From Vicugna vicugna (lineage: Eukaryota), in the NCBI GenBank assembly GCA_013265495.1, contig MU058037.1, positions 1,241,498-1,305,497 on the forward strand: a stretch of 64,000 nucleotides of DNA. The letters run 5' to 3'. A program made the translations under genes and the position numbers. The notes beneath the pieces were generated by a model, which saw only the letters and a program-made list of their open reading frames with translations, was not told the origin of the DNA and did no database searches. Below are positions 24,915 through 38,419 of the stretch, in pieces (positions within the stretch are counted from its first letter, which is position 1; the number at the start of each line of letters is the position of its first letter).

Positions 24915-25615
24915 TTAGGCCAAACTGACATCATGTGCCTCCTGCTGGGATGTACTGAGAAGGACTCAACATCCCTTCTGTGGTCTTTTTGCCAAAAATG
25001 CACAACTTGAATCTAATCATGAAGAAACATCAGACAAACTCAAACTAAGGGACTTTCCACAAAATGAATGGCCTGTATTCTTTAAAAAAAGTCAAGGTCA
25101 AGAAATACAAAGTAAAGTTGAGGAACAGTTCCACATGAAAAGAAACTAAGAAGACAGGACAACTAAATCATAGTGTGTGAGTCTGGATTGGATCCTGGAC
25201 TGGGAAAGAAAAATAGCCATAGGAGACATTATTGGGACAATTGACAAAAGTGGAACATGGACTATGGATTGAAGAATAGCTTTGTAGCAATGTTAAATTT
25301 CCTGACTTTGATCAGTGTACTGTGTGGTTGCATAAGAGAAAGTCCTTGTTCTTAGGAATTACAGCCTGAAGCATTTTGGGTAAAGGGGTATAACATCTCC
25401 AACTAACTAGTGGTTTGGGGAAAAAAATATGCATGTAAAAATAAAGAGAAAGAGAAAGAGAAAGAGAAAGAGAAAGAGACAGAGACAGAGAGACTGACGA
25501 AGCAAAATATCAACAATGTTTGAATCTGGATCAAAGGTATAAAAGAGTTCCTTGTGCTCCTTTTACAGCTTTTCTGTGCATGTATTTAAAATTATGTCAA
25601 AATGTAAAATTATCC
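24915..25615 (+). mobile_element. L1MC-like 3' region containing a (GAGAAA)n microsatellite
   Basis: aaacatcagacaaactcaaactaagggac, ctggattggatcctggac, caatgttaaatttcctgactttgat; (GAGAAA)n at ~25444-25480. Confidence 0.75.
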
Positions 25616-26559
25616 AAAACAGTGAACATACAGAAAATATAAGCATATAAGAAGGGGAAACAGAAAAGCAATGCTCCTGAACTGCGTACAGTGTCTAAGA
25701 CAGGTCTAAATCTCTTGCTAACAGGCAAGCTTGACTTAAGGGAAAACACCCTGACTTTTAAAGTGCAGGATTGAGGAAAACAGGAAGGTGGCCTTTTTGA
25801 TACTTTCAGCCCATTGTTCACAGACTTAATTAAAAAAACCGCAGGAGGTACATGCCTCATCCAGCCCAGTCACTCTCTACCGGGCCTCCAGGTCACAGCT
25901 CACCTTCACCGACAACTTTGACACCTGCGTGACCTCAATTCAATGCCTGCCTCATCGTGGGTGGAGTTTCGGCTTCTGGGTAGAAGATTCAGCCAGCGCC
26001 CTGTCTCAGTTTCTTAATCTCCTCAACTCCAGTAGTTCTGGATATTTGGGACGGGTTGGGCGGTGGGAAGAGGAGGCAGCTTCATGTAGAGGCCCCGGGC
26101 CGCTCAGAGTCCGTGTGCTGTGCTGGTTCTTTGATCATATCAAGACCTTCAGTCCCCGGACTACACTATTTCCCCTTTGCTTTCAGTTACCTCTTTTCCG
26201 TTGCCTCCCCCACGGTTAGTTATCAACCATTTAATCCCTTGTCCTTTGTCCCTGCAAACTCCCAACCCTGGATCAAACCAGCCATTTGCCTCTTCCTGTC
26301 CTTCCCACTTGTTGCTCAGAATAGTGGGAAAAACCTCACGTTGGTGCTGACTGGTATGTGTGTGCACGTGTGAGCGTGTGTGTGTGTGTCCCACTCCCCA
26401 GCATGACTGGGCTTTCATCTTATTTGGCAATCTTTGTTCACCTTTTCTCGATTCTTTTATCACTTTGACTTACTTTAAGTTGCTGAAACCTCCTTTTCCC
26501 GTGCCCTCCATGACTGTCTTTGGGTTCCCACTGCTTCTTTGCCTTGACAGCTTCACAAA

Positions 26560-27520
26560 CTTCTTCATCGATTCCACTCTCTGTTGTCTCTCCAAATGTT
26601 GAGCTGCTGCAGGTTTCCATCCTTGGTATGTCTTCTTTCCTTACCCTGCACCAGTGGTTCTGAAATCTGGCTGCATATTAGAATCACCTGGGAAATTTTA
26701 AAAATTAGCATGCCTGGTTCCCATCTCTGATTTGATTGGTTGGTGGTATGGCCTGGAGGGCATTGGGGTTTTTCAATCCCTCCAAGTGATTGGAAGGTGC
26801 AGCCAAAGTGAAGTTGTTCCTCCAGCTGATCCCATTTACTCCTACAATTCTAGCTACCTCTATGTAGAAGATTCCTAAATCTTCATCGCTAGATTCCACT
26901 TCCTGCCTTGAGCTTTTGGACCTATCTATTGGTTAGGTTCACTCTCTGCAGAGTCAAAGTCAAATGAACAAACTGAAGGTCTTTACCTTCCTCCTTAACT
27001 TGATCTTTCTGAAGTAATCTCACACTTGAGATATTTGCATGTTAGTAAACAGTGAACAGAAACAGATTGTGTCCCACCATCATTCACTGAGGTGACCACA
27101 TCAGAAACTTCAGACTCATTCTTCACTCTTTCTCTTCACTACCCACACTCCACCAATCCCCAAATCTTTCTTAAATCCATCTTATTATTTCCCTCACCCC
27201 CTATTTCCCATTACCTAAATTTGGGCCTTTATTCTTTCTATCCTGCATAGTAATAACTGGCTTCCTGCAATTCATGCCTCTCAGACTTCAATATTTACCT
27301 TTCCAGAACACAAATCTAATGATGCAAATCCCCCCTGGCTAAAACTCTTCAATGGCTGCCAGTTGCCTACAGAATAAAGATCAAATGCTTAAAGACTTTT
27401 CACAATCTGGCCTTGGACTTCCTTTTCTGACTTAACAGCACTTACTCTTCCAAACACACAGGCTCTAAACCTGTTAAGTTACTGTGAGTCTCACACATAT
27501 CATGGTCTTTCATGAGCCAA
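26560..27520. mobile_element. L2 remnant interrupted by a MER5-like element (~26652-26820)
   Basis: cagtggttctgaaatctggctgcatattagaatcacctgggaa; L2-type aaaactcttcaatggctgccagttgcctacagaataaa. Confidence 0.6.
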
Positions 27521-27652
27521 TAATGTTAAGAAAAATTATCCAAAATTTGGGAATAAGATTACTTACCAAATAATAAAAAGACTATTCTATGCTCTGTCAA
27601 TGTTGTACTAGAGAATTTTCAAATAAGAACCACTATGTCACCTGATGCACAG

Positions 27653-29785
27653 CAGTGCTGTCCAATGGAGCCACATATGCAATTTAACATTTTCTAACAA
27701 CCATACAAAAAAGGAAGTAAAAAGAAACTGGAGAAATTGATATTAGTAATGCATATCATTTTATCTAATATATCCAAAATATTATCCTTTCGATATGTTT
27801 AAAAAAGTACCAAAAATCAGTTTCCTTTAGTATTTGCCTCCACATTGATGAAACTAGTTTATTTTTTAAGAAGAATTGATTTGACTTGTAGTTAAAGCAT
27901 GATAGTTTCAAAACCATGTCTATCCGAGTTAAGTAAATAGACTAACTCAGCATTCTTAACATTAAATCCAAAGGGGTATTGTGCTATTTGAGAAGCAATT
28001 CTAAATTTAGCAACATTCTTCAAAATTTTCTGCCAGTATTTACAGGTAATTAACCTAATGCTATTATTATTAAAATCTTCTATATATTGATTCATGTTAG
28101 AAAAATGTATAAAATCATAATTTAAAAAAATCATAATTATTGACTTAAATCATGAAAAATTTCAATTTTAACATAAATTCTTAGACCTGTCTAGCTCAGT
28201 TACAAGCTTTTCTCTCCCTGGAGTTTCAAAATTTATATTGTTCATATGCCATGTGAAATCTGTGAGAAAACATGCACATCACCTTGCCTTTATTTTTTGG
28301 TTAATGCACATTTGGCAAGCATTACTTTTGTTTCAAGGAAATCTTGAATTGGAGTTAACAGCACAGTAAATCTTTGTAAAACTCTTTGTGGCTCAACCAA
28401 CAAGTGTTGGCAATGAATACAAGATCTTTAAATTTATTGCTTCTTTCAGCATTTCCATAAATTGGTGATGAGTCACAGCATTTGCACGTATATGCTGAAC
28501 AGTTTTAACAACTGTATCCATGATGCTTTTCATAGGGTCTGTTTCAGAGGACTGAGCACAAATATTTTCGGTGTGTATCATACAGAGATATGAAGTCACC
28601 AGAAAAACATCGGTCTCTTGTTTTTAAAATTCCAACAGATCGAGAATTTTGACCTAACAGCTGAAGCACCATCCGTTGTGATATATTTTTTTCATATCTA
28701 ACTGAATTTCTTCTTTAACAAATGTAAAAGATTTAAGAATATCTATGTCACAGTTTTTTAGGCTATGAATTGGTACTTTTTGCAAATATGGCAGTCCTTT
28801 GAGACAAAACTTACCCAAAATATCAACTAGGCAGTGTCTAGTATTACATGAATCACCTAAAGCTATAGAAAAGTACTTGCACTTTTTCCATAACTGAAAT
28901 AATTTCTTTTACTATCACCATCTAAAACATTTTTCTTTTATGTGCAAGAATCCAAGCCATTATAAAGCTGGCCAAAGTTACAAGTTCAGAGCCTGTTACC
29001 ATTTTTTAAAACAATTTTCATTGGACATTTCATTTTGAATGTAGGCAGCTAATTTTATTGATTCTTTTTTGACTGTTCTCATCAAATTCACTCCGTGCTT
29101 GCTGAAAATGTTCCTTACTGTTATCAACTTTATTATCTTTAAACAATTTTTACACAACAAACAGCTTTTTAAATTTTGGTCTGCTGCAGCAGATTACATG
29201 AAAGTACAACATATGTCCTTCCAATCTCTGTTTTTTCCTCTTCTGGTATAGTGCTAGTATCCACATCTCCACTCAATTCTGCCTCAGTACTATGCTTTCA
29301 TTTTAAATTTAAAAGTTAGTCCGTACTAGTACTTAAAAATAGTTTAATTATAATTTAAAGCATAAGAAGTATTTTAATTTAGTTACCAATTACAATGCAC
29401 ATAGGTATCACTGTAAATGGTGCTGTCTGTATAAAGTGTTCAAATAAACACTTTTCAGTGTTAAATTAATGCATAGAAAAAAATAATTTGAATTGATTCA
29501 ACTGGTTGACACTAACTAGAAAGATGATGAGTTTACATGTAATATTGGAAACAACTCACAAATTACAGTATAGCAACATCCACAAGATACAACAGTTAAA
29601 GTGAAATGTAGTCCTAACAAAACAATAAAATTGAATTTAATGGAAAAATATTTTACGCTGCTTCAGTTTTAAATTAAAATTGAGTAAAATTAAATAAAAC
29701 CAAAATTTCAGTTCCTAAGTCACACTAGCCTTTCAAGTGCTCAGTGGTCACTTATGGCTAGTGGCTACCATATTGGATAGTGTGG
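27653..29785 (-). mobile_element. hAT-Charlie DNA transposon fossil (MER3/MER33-type ends) with decayed transposase
   Basis: Ends cagtgctgtccaat ... attggatagtgtgg followed by ctctagag. Minus-strand remnants YFSIALGDS (~28875-28850), TTDGASAV (~28680-28655) and CMIHTENICA...IMDTVVKTVQHIRA (28393-28599 ORF). Confidence 0.8.
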
Positions 29786-31559
29786 CTCTAGAGAAGGGTA
29801 ACTTAAACTTACTAATTACTATTGATAAGGGTCCAGACTCTATAAAGTCACATTCTTACATGTTAACTTGTAGAAAAGACCGATAAGGTTGTGAATGTTT
29901 TATATATATATATTTAGTCCAGTAGAATTGCAAATGATTTCTGCCTGGTAAAAATGATAACACTAACATTTGCATTTGTATCTAACTTTGTAGCTTAGTC
30001 AACAATTTTATTCCAACATTCTCTCTTTTCATATTGTGCTACCCTTACATTTTATATCCTAGGAGAATATTTGATGCTGTAGAAAGATATTCAGAATGTA
30101 TTAAGTGAGAAAAAATAGGTCACAAAAGAAAATATAGATTAGTCTACTTTCATATATTTTAAAGTATGTATGTTCTAGAAAAATAGGGTATAAACAAAGA
30201 TGCTTACCATCACCTATGGGTGGACTTATACATGATACTAAAATATTTTTCTCTTTTTGACTGTCTTCATTTTTAAAACTACAGTTGACACTAAGAGAAA
30301 TCTCATTAAAGTATTTTATAATTTTAACTCAGGTTAACTGCAGAAGACCTTTTCTCACCCTAGTTTAGCAAGACTGGTAATCCTAGCTACTTGACAGCTA
30401 ATTCAAATTCTACTTTTAAAAAATGACGGTGATGACACTGAGACCGTGGGGTTCTCTACGTGTCTTTTCTATAACTATGCTAGGTTCTTTTGCCTGCTTA
30501 CTGAGATACTGTGCTTTTTTTGCCCTTCCTTGTGAACAATATTTTGATGTGCCTAAATTGTGAATTAATTGACAATGCCTTATAAATACAACAACAAACC
30601 CAGTGCATATTTATATCGGTGCCTGGACCCAAGGTTTAGGATCCATTGTTTATGTGTCTCTCTTCCTCTCTAGCCTGTGAGTCTTTGAAGCAGGGGCTGC
30701 GTTTTATTAACCTCTGTGGCTCAGTGCCTAGGAAAACTTAGGGCATGTAACAGGAGAGTGGGCATGCTGTAAATCTGTGAGTAATGAATGAAAAAAAGGG
30801 AATCCCCTTGTATTCATTTATCTGTGCGTGTACACACTCTGCCCCTACTATGTGCCATCCTTGGCATGAGGGATATAGCCATGAACATTTATAAGTCTGG
30901 AATACAAGAAGACCATATTTCAGTATGATCAAATCATATACTTAGAAGCAGAAGTTAAAAGACATGAAACCAAGCAGGCAACATAAGCCTGACTAGCTTT
31001 ATACAGTGGGATATTCCTCCTAACCAGGAAACAATTGCATTGCTGTGAAAGAGAGAAGCAGTGTCCTTAATAGACTTCTTTCTCAGCAGGCATGTGCTCC
31101 TAATTCCACAGGAAAAGCTTAAAATAAAAAGATGGCTCTTTGCTCCTTTCCTTTCTCCAAGTCTCGTGATTTGGGATCAGAATTTCAAGTTGGCAAACTA
31201 CACAGAGTTTGTAGCATTCTATTTCATTCTGTTTTAAGTACAGACTCTGTTTAACTACAAATAGAATCAAATATTTTCATCACAGCTGGATGTCCACCTT
31301 TTTACACCAGCTCTGGAGTCCACTAGCTGGATAATCTGTCAGTGGTGCTCACCTTCTGTCTGTGTTCCCATGGCATTAAGGCAGGTATTTCCACAGAGAA
31401 AGACTTAACTCTGAAGTAGAGTCCTTTGATTGTTGTTGTTATGGTGGTCTTAAATCTGTGTAGCAAAAAAAAAAAAAAAAAATCTGTGTAGCAAACGTTA
31501 TTAAAGAAAGTAGACACTGCTCAGATTACTTGTTAATTATAATGAAGTAATCTGGTAAA

Positions 31560-34450
31560 CAAGCCTTTAACCAAATGATACAACTTTTCATCATTGATAA
31601 TGGGACAAACTAAAATCATGTGCCTTGTGATACGATGCCATGGTGTCTGGGTTATCCATTGCTGCCAGATAAAGCAACTCAGAAATTAGTGGCTTAAAAT
31701 AATAATTGAGGGGATCTTAAAGTTGAATACAAACAGAAACAAATGAACTAAAGCATTTTTCAAATAAATAACATAGTAACGTTGGGGTGGGAGTATTGAT
31801 CCAAGTCACTCTGATACACAGAATTTGTACCACATGCCCTCAGGCTAAAGAGAAAAAGAACTCTAAACAAATATTGAACTCTCTAGTAGGAAAGCTTCTT
31901 TTGGATAGGCAAGGATTCACAATTTTGAAACTACTTTCTATGCATTCTAGGATTAAGCAAATAAGTAAATATATTGTACGTAATGGGATCCAGGTTTTTC
32001 TGTTTTGGAGAAGGTAGTCACACTTATGGAAAGAAGGAGGAACAGATCAAACACTACTGTGTTGGAACTAGAGGTATCAGTTTATTTATATATATTATAT
32101 GTATAATAGAGAGAGAGAGAGAGAAAAAGAGAGAGAGAGAGAGGCAGAGAGAGAGGGAGACATGGATATAGATATGTGTGACTGTGTATGTGTATTCAAT
32201 ATGTATTTATTTCCCACTATTTCCCAGCTCTGTCTGCTGAGAGCGTCTAGAAGGAACGACACTCCAGTAAAAACGAACATACTGAGAACCCAAATTACAG
32301 TTTCTAAATTAACATTCTCTACTAAAAGGAACCAGGGATTCTTGGAGAAATGAAAGCTGACCCGGGATCATCTTGTGCTAGAAAGTAAGGGAGAGCTCAA
32401 ACAATGATGGGGGCATGTTAAAAGTTCACAGAAGCCAGCTTGAAGCACTCCCACTGGCTACAATTTGAGCATAAAAGTAAATAATAACATTAAGGGTTAT
32501 AATCTATTGAATAAAATAAGACTCCATGAGTCCGCACTTAAATAAGCAAACAAACAAACAAGTAAATAAATAAGATGAGAAAGATCTTTCGTACAGTAGA
32601 AAACCAAATAATAAATAAAGAAGGAATAATGGAAATATAAAAATCAGCATTTGGCTGCTATCATAATAATAGTTGTTTCAGACAAGAATCATCAATGTGT
32701 GTTAAAACAAGTGGGTGAAAGTTGAGGTAGTAGCAGGATAGTTACAAAGTCTCAAAGCATCTCTCCAGAAGAAATTTATTTATTACTAGAGGAAAGCAGT
32801 AACTTTATAGTTACTTGCAGATGTCAGCGTCACCAAACGATCAAAATTAACATTCTTGAAGGGTATAGCTCAGTGATACAGCATGTGCTTAGTATGCTAT
32901 GAGGTCTTGGGTTCAATCCCCAGTACCTCCGTTAAAAATAAATAACAAACCTAATTCCCTCTCCCCAAATACATAAATAAAATAAAAATAAATTGTACTA
33001 AAAATAAAATAAATGTTCTAAAAAATTTTTTTAAGTATCTCCAAAATTAACATCCTCAGTAACAGGTCTACTCTACAGGATGTGCCTACTGGTAGGACAC
33101 AGTGAGAAGAACTCAACATGACTCCTAGGGATTCATGCCCTAAATACATGATCTGAATCTAATTACGAGGAACAGCAGACGACCTGCAACTGAAGGACAA
33201 TCTACAAAATAATTGATCTGCACTTATTAAAAAATGTCAGTGTTATGAAATACAGAGAAAGACTTAGAAAGTCTTCCAGATTAAAGGAGATTAAACAGAC
33301 ATGATGACTGAAGGCAACATGTATCTTGGAATTTTCTGGTTTTCTGGTTTTTTGCTGTAAAAGAGATCACTGAGACAACTGGTGACATCGTAATCAGGTA
33401 TATAGACCAGGCTATAGTATTGTATCAGTGTTAGTTAACTGTTTTTTATAATTCTACGTAATTACACAAGAGAATTTATTTTTAGGAAATACAAACTGAA
33501 ATATTTAAGGGTAAAGGAGCATCGTACTACCATTTACTCTTACGTAGTTCAGAAAAAAGCTAGAGGGAGAAATACAGATAGAGATAGATGATGGAAATTG
33601 AGAGAGGAATAGGTCACAGATAGTAAAGCACTTGGGGACTCGACAGCTGGGAATTCATTGCACTATTTGGGCAATTTTTCTATAAGTCTGAAATTATGTC
33701 AATAAAATGTTTTAAAATACATTATTACCTCTTGTTTTGTAAGTTGACTGGGCTCTGTTGAGGAGTTCTTTCTTAAGGTCTCATCTGGAAGAGTCACTGC
33801 ATGGTCCTTGACTGGATCCTGGGTTGGGAGAAAAATAGCTGTAAGTGACATCTGGGGGACAGTTGGGGAAATGTGAATGTGGTCTGTACACGAGACAATA
33901 TTGTTGCATTAATGTTAAATTTGTTGGATATGATAATATTGTAACTTTGAAGAAGAATATCCCTATTCTCAAGAGACACAGGATAAAGTATTGTATTTCG
34001 GGACATTGTATCAGAACGTCTGCAACTTTTTTCAAATGGTTCAGCAAAAGTAACAAAAGTAAACTTAGTTGGGGGAGGGACAAATTAGGAGTACAAGATT
34101 AACAGATACAAACTGCTACATATAAAATAGGTAAGCAACAAGGATTTACTACATAGCACAAAGAATTGTACCCAATATCTTGTAATAACCTATAATGGGA
34201 TATAATCTGCCCCCAACCCCCCTCAAAACCAAACCAAACCACTATGCTGTGTGCCTTAAACTAACACAATATCATAAATCAACTATAATTCAATAAAAAA
34301 GAATAAATTTAAATGTGTGTGTGTGTTTAGAGAGAGAGAGAAAGAGAGATGCAAATGTGGTAAAATCATTGCCAATCTTGGTGAATGGTATAGGGCATTT
34401 ATTGTGCTTTTCTCTCAACTTTTCAGTAGTTTTGAAATTTTACAAAATAA
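31560..34450 (+). mobile_element. Nested repeat cluster: L1MC-like host, MLT1-like LTR pieces, ~2 kb L1MC/MD-like 3' region, SINE, younger L1 tail (~34065-34290)
   Basis: MLT1-like halves at ~31643-31706 and ~33720-33795; L1 motifs throughout; artiodactyl-type L1 tail gattaacagatacaaactgctacatataaaatag...tatcttgtaataacctataatgg. Confidence 0.65.
32857..33041 (+). mobile_element. tRNA-derived SINE of camelid type (Vic-1-like) with 15-bp TSD
   Basis: gggtatagctcagtg (A box) ... gggttcaatccccagtacctcc (B box) ... aaacctaattccctctcccc plus an A-rich tail; CAAAATTAACAT(T/C)CT at 32842-32856 and 33042-33056. Confidence 0.8.
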
Positions 34451-35030
34451 AGAGTTGGAAATAAACACAAGAGCATTTTTTTGAAAACATTTGCCCTCTC
34501 TAACACTGTACTTATTTCTGTGATCCACATATACATTACAGAATCTCAAAATTTGACAGTCCTCGGAGTTCATCTGGTTCAGTGTTTGTCAAACTATGAG
34601 TTGTGACTCAAATCTTGGTCATAAATACCAGGTCACTGGCCAGCATTTCTTTGAAAGGAATGGAATGGCATAGGACAAGAAATACCAGTGGGCCCCATCA
34701 CTTAAGAGAAGTTTGGGGTAACTTTTGCTTGAATTGTATATATGTGTACGCATGCATGCTTGTGATGAATTCCAATGGGAAAAAAAATCTATTTCTTACC
34801 ATGAGTTGTGCTCAAAAAGGTTTGAAAGATTCAGCTGCTCAGGACCTCTAGACAATATCAGTTCAATTCAAGGCTGGGCATTCTGTTCTTTAACAGGGAT
34901 TTTAAAATACTTGTTTTTTGGATGATGATGATGATTTTCTTATTATTATTATTGTTCACATGCCCAAAATTTCAGAGATGTAATTAAATGAGTCAGTGTA
35001 GCACATGAGTGGAGTGGCACAAGAATTAAA

Positions 35031-35770
35031 GAATTATATACTCAATTTTGATAGAGGTTGCACTGGATCTGTGGATTGCTTTGGTAAAGGTTGCACTGGA
35101 TCTGTGGATTGCTTTGAGTAGTATGGCCATTTTGGTAATGTTGATTCTTTCAATCCAAGAGCACAAGATATCTTTCCATTTCTTTGTATCATCTTCAATT
35201 TCCTACATCAATGTTTTACAGTTTTCAGAGTATAGGTAACCTCCTTGGTTAAGTTTATTTCTAGGTATTTTGTTCTTTTTGATGCAATGGAAATGTTTAT
35301 GCCAGTTAGTTCTGGTTTTTGAAGTGGAAAAAAAACTGAATGAAGGGCTGCAAACGGCAAAATATCCTTCTTTCTTGTGGGTGAGTTGTATTCCATTTTT
35401 TATGCTGTATCTTCTTTGCCCATTCATCTACTGATGTGCACTTATGATGTTTCAATATCTTGGCAATTATAAATAATGTTGCTGTTAATAGCAGCGTGTA
35501 TGTATCTTTTTGAATTGTTATTTTGTAGTTGGCTTTATTCCTTTGATAACTATGTAAGTTTAAAAAGCTAAAGCTCTAAATGTTCTTAGAAACAATGAAC
35601 AGTACATGTATGTAAATTTTTAAAAATATGTGAAGTATATTGTGTATATGGATTTATATGCAATACATTACATATGTGCAGTCAAATTGTAACAATTCTA
35701 ATAAAACTGAAAAATGAAAAAAATAACATAAAAAGGCAAAAAAAATGCAAAAAAGGAATTATATACTCAA
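35031..35770. mobile_element. Composite retro-insertion: antisense L1 pieces plus sense polyadenylated non-L1 segment, 15-bp TSD
   Basis: GAATTATATACTCAA at 35031-35045 and 35756-35770; AATAAA at 35700-35705 followed by a degenerate A-tail. Confidence 0.7.
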
Positions 35771-36477
35771 GAATCAGATACTAGTACATTTAATAATCTA
35801 ATACATGATAAAGGAGGCATCAATAGTAGAGACAGGAATTCAGTGAATTTTTGCCATATTTAGTCAATTATTTGGTTTAAATATTAATATTAAATATTTT
35901 AAAGCCTTATTCCACATCCTGTAAAATGTATATTTTTTAAAAAGCCAAATTAAAAACAACCAGTAGACATTCAGATTGATTTGTATCCCAAACAATAGTC
36001 ACATTCTTCTTTTTTTTCTTTCTAGTATTGAGGTATGATTGACATCTTAATATTATATTCGTTTCAGGTGTACAATATAATGATTCCATATTTGTATATA
36101 TTGCTTGGATATTTCTTATTGTTGGAATTTATTCAAAACTTGCCTCATTTTTCTTCTGGTTCTTAGCACAGTGGCAGGATCATTTACTGAGGTACTAATA
36201 TGAATTTGGTTCTTACATCTCCCCTCCCCAAGAGCCTTTGCACCAAGCAGGCCTTAGGGACCAGGAACATGGAGCAGAAGGCAGAAGTGGTTTAAAAGCA
36301 ACCTCCCTTTTCCAAGTCTGTTTTTAAACCCTAGCTCTTTGAAGGAGATATGCTGAGTAGAGAGACGCCAATTGCACAGACTCCATCGATGGTTCTCTTT
36401 GAATTGATTTTATTTGAACTCGTTTTACATATTTCATATAAAAGATTCCTCACCTTTAAAGTGAAGACACTGTACTA

Positions 36478-36955
36478 ATCCAGGCATCTTCAACCTGGAG
36501 TTTAGCAGACCAGTGAACTTGAGAGAAAAACATTTCCTCTTTACTTTCACTGATCTCTAACAAAAGCTAAGTGTTTCCTTCAACTGTGAATGTAAGTATC
36601 AAAGTATAGTTGTATTTAGAAGGACCTGTGACTTGTCACCTATAGAAATCACAAATATTTTCATATCACATGACAGTTGCTGCAGATACCTTGAAATATC
36701 ATTTACACTCACTGTCACTTCAAAATCTGTACTTCGACTAACACATCGTAAATCAATTATACTTCAATGAAAAGTTTTACAAATAAAAAAGTACATCTAT
36801 CACACACTTAGAATTTTTAATATTTTGATAATCACATTTGCAAACTAATTGGTTTCCTTTGTATTCCTATGTATGACGTTTTACGCATTCAAAAACAGTA
36901 TTCTGAGAAGCCAGATTGAAAGGGCTCCTGGGTCAAAAAAACATGTAAAGCCTCT
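36478..36955. mobile_element. Non-autonomous hAT-Charlie-like element
   Basis: caggcatcttcaacctggag...cctgtgacttgtcacctatagaaatcacaaatattttcatatcacatgacagttgctgcagatac...aaaacagtattctgagaag. Confidence 0.55.
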
Positions 36956-38419
36956 GGACTGGATGCTTTCTGGTTTTCAGAGTGCACATAGGTACACACA
37001 CAAGATCTCTATCAGTCCTTCTTGGAAAATGACTCACAACTTAGATAATCATCTCTGTGACAAGGTTACAGTAACATTTTGATCATTCCATATATGACTT
37101 GAAATACAACTTTAGACTGAAACATCCACAGTATGAAACTTTTAAACTCAACCTTCCAGACAAACCCTTCTATTAAAATTATCCTCTAGTACTTTCATAG
37201 TAAAATATAGGAAAGCAGCACCAGAAACTGAACTAGAAAACCCATGTCTTACTCCCAGTTTTGCTGTCTGATTCTGGGAAAGTCATTTAACTTCTTTGAA
37301 CCTCATCTATAAACACATTTAGATGATTTTTTAAAATCTATAAATTCCTTTTACTGTATGTACAGAATATAGTACAATTCTAGACTTCTGAATTTTTCTG
37401 CTTTTCTGCTGGGTGTGTTCTTTGGGATTTGGTTCTTAGTATTTTGTCTTTAATTAATTAATTGATCAAGTATTGAGGTGAGAATAACTCAGCAACTAAG
37501 CTAGAGAATTCTGGGAAAATATTCCTATGAGTCATATCTAAGCTGGGATATGAAGGCTGAGTAGGAGTCTGTTAAGTGAAGAGAGGATAAGGACATTCCG
37601 GGCAGAGAGGACACTGCCAGTGCCCAGTGTGCTCAGGGCCCACAGCGCACTGAGGGGCTTGGCTGGGTTTCAAGGGAGCTCAGTTGTGTACTGATTCTGG
37701 GCTCCTTGGCTTATAAGAAATGGGAGGGAAGTGCACAAACAGGTGAAGTGTCATGTTCAGGTTTCTGTTTTGGAAGAACAGCCCTGAGAGGAATGTGAAG
37801 CATGGGGGAAATTGAAATCAGAGAGATCAGTTTGAAAGCAGGACACTGCCACATTTGAGTTACGAGGTCGTGGAGAACCAAATCAAGGCACTGGCCATGG
37901 GCATAGAGAAATGAACACACAAGAATGGAAGTAGGAGATCTTTATGAGAAACTGTGTGTGGAGATGAAGGAGAAATCAAGGGCAACCCTAGTTTCTAGTG
38001 AGGACAACTGGGTGAAGGGTGATATTCAAAGGTGCAGTTCTTAACCAGAACAGGGGCTACAAGAGGAGGAAAAAGTTCTCTGGGGAAGAAAGCTAAGCTT
38101 TGAAATGTTAAGTTAGTGGAGACTGACTTCCAGAGAGAAACTCTGACCAGCCTTTGGAAATAGGGGCATGGAATTCTTGGGAAAGGTAACACCTGGAGAT
38201 ACAGAATTATAAGCATCATATGAAGTAGCTGAAGCCATTTCATCTGCTCCCCTCTTGCCACCAGTGGCACCACCATCTGCCTGGTCTCTCTGCAGGGCTT
38301 CACCTTTCCCAGCCCCTCCGAATGCTGACTCCTGAGCTTGCTATTACAGCTCAAAACAACTGCTTCTTCCTCACTCCCACATTTCCAACTCACCTCTGTT
38401 ACTCCATAACACATCTCTG

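Noticed and set aside
32857..32932. Functional tRNA gene
   Set aside because: It is followed by a SINE body, A-rich tail and TSD, and the stems are degenerate.
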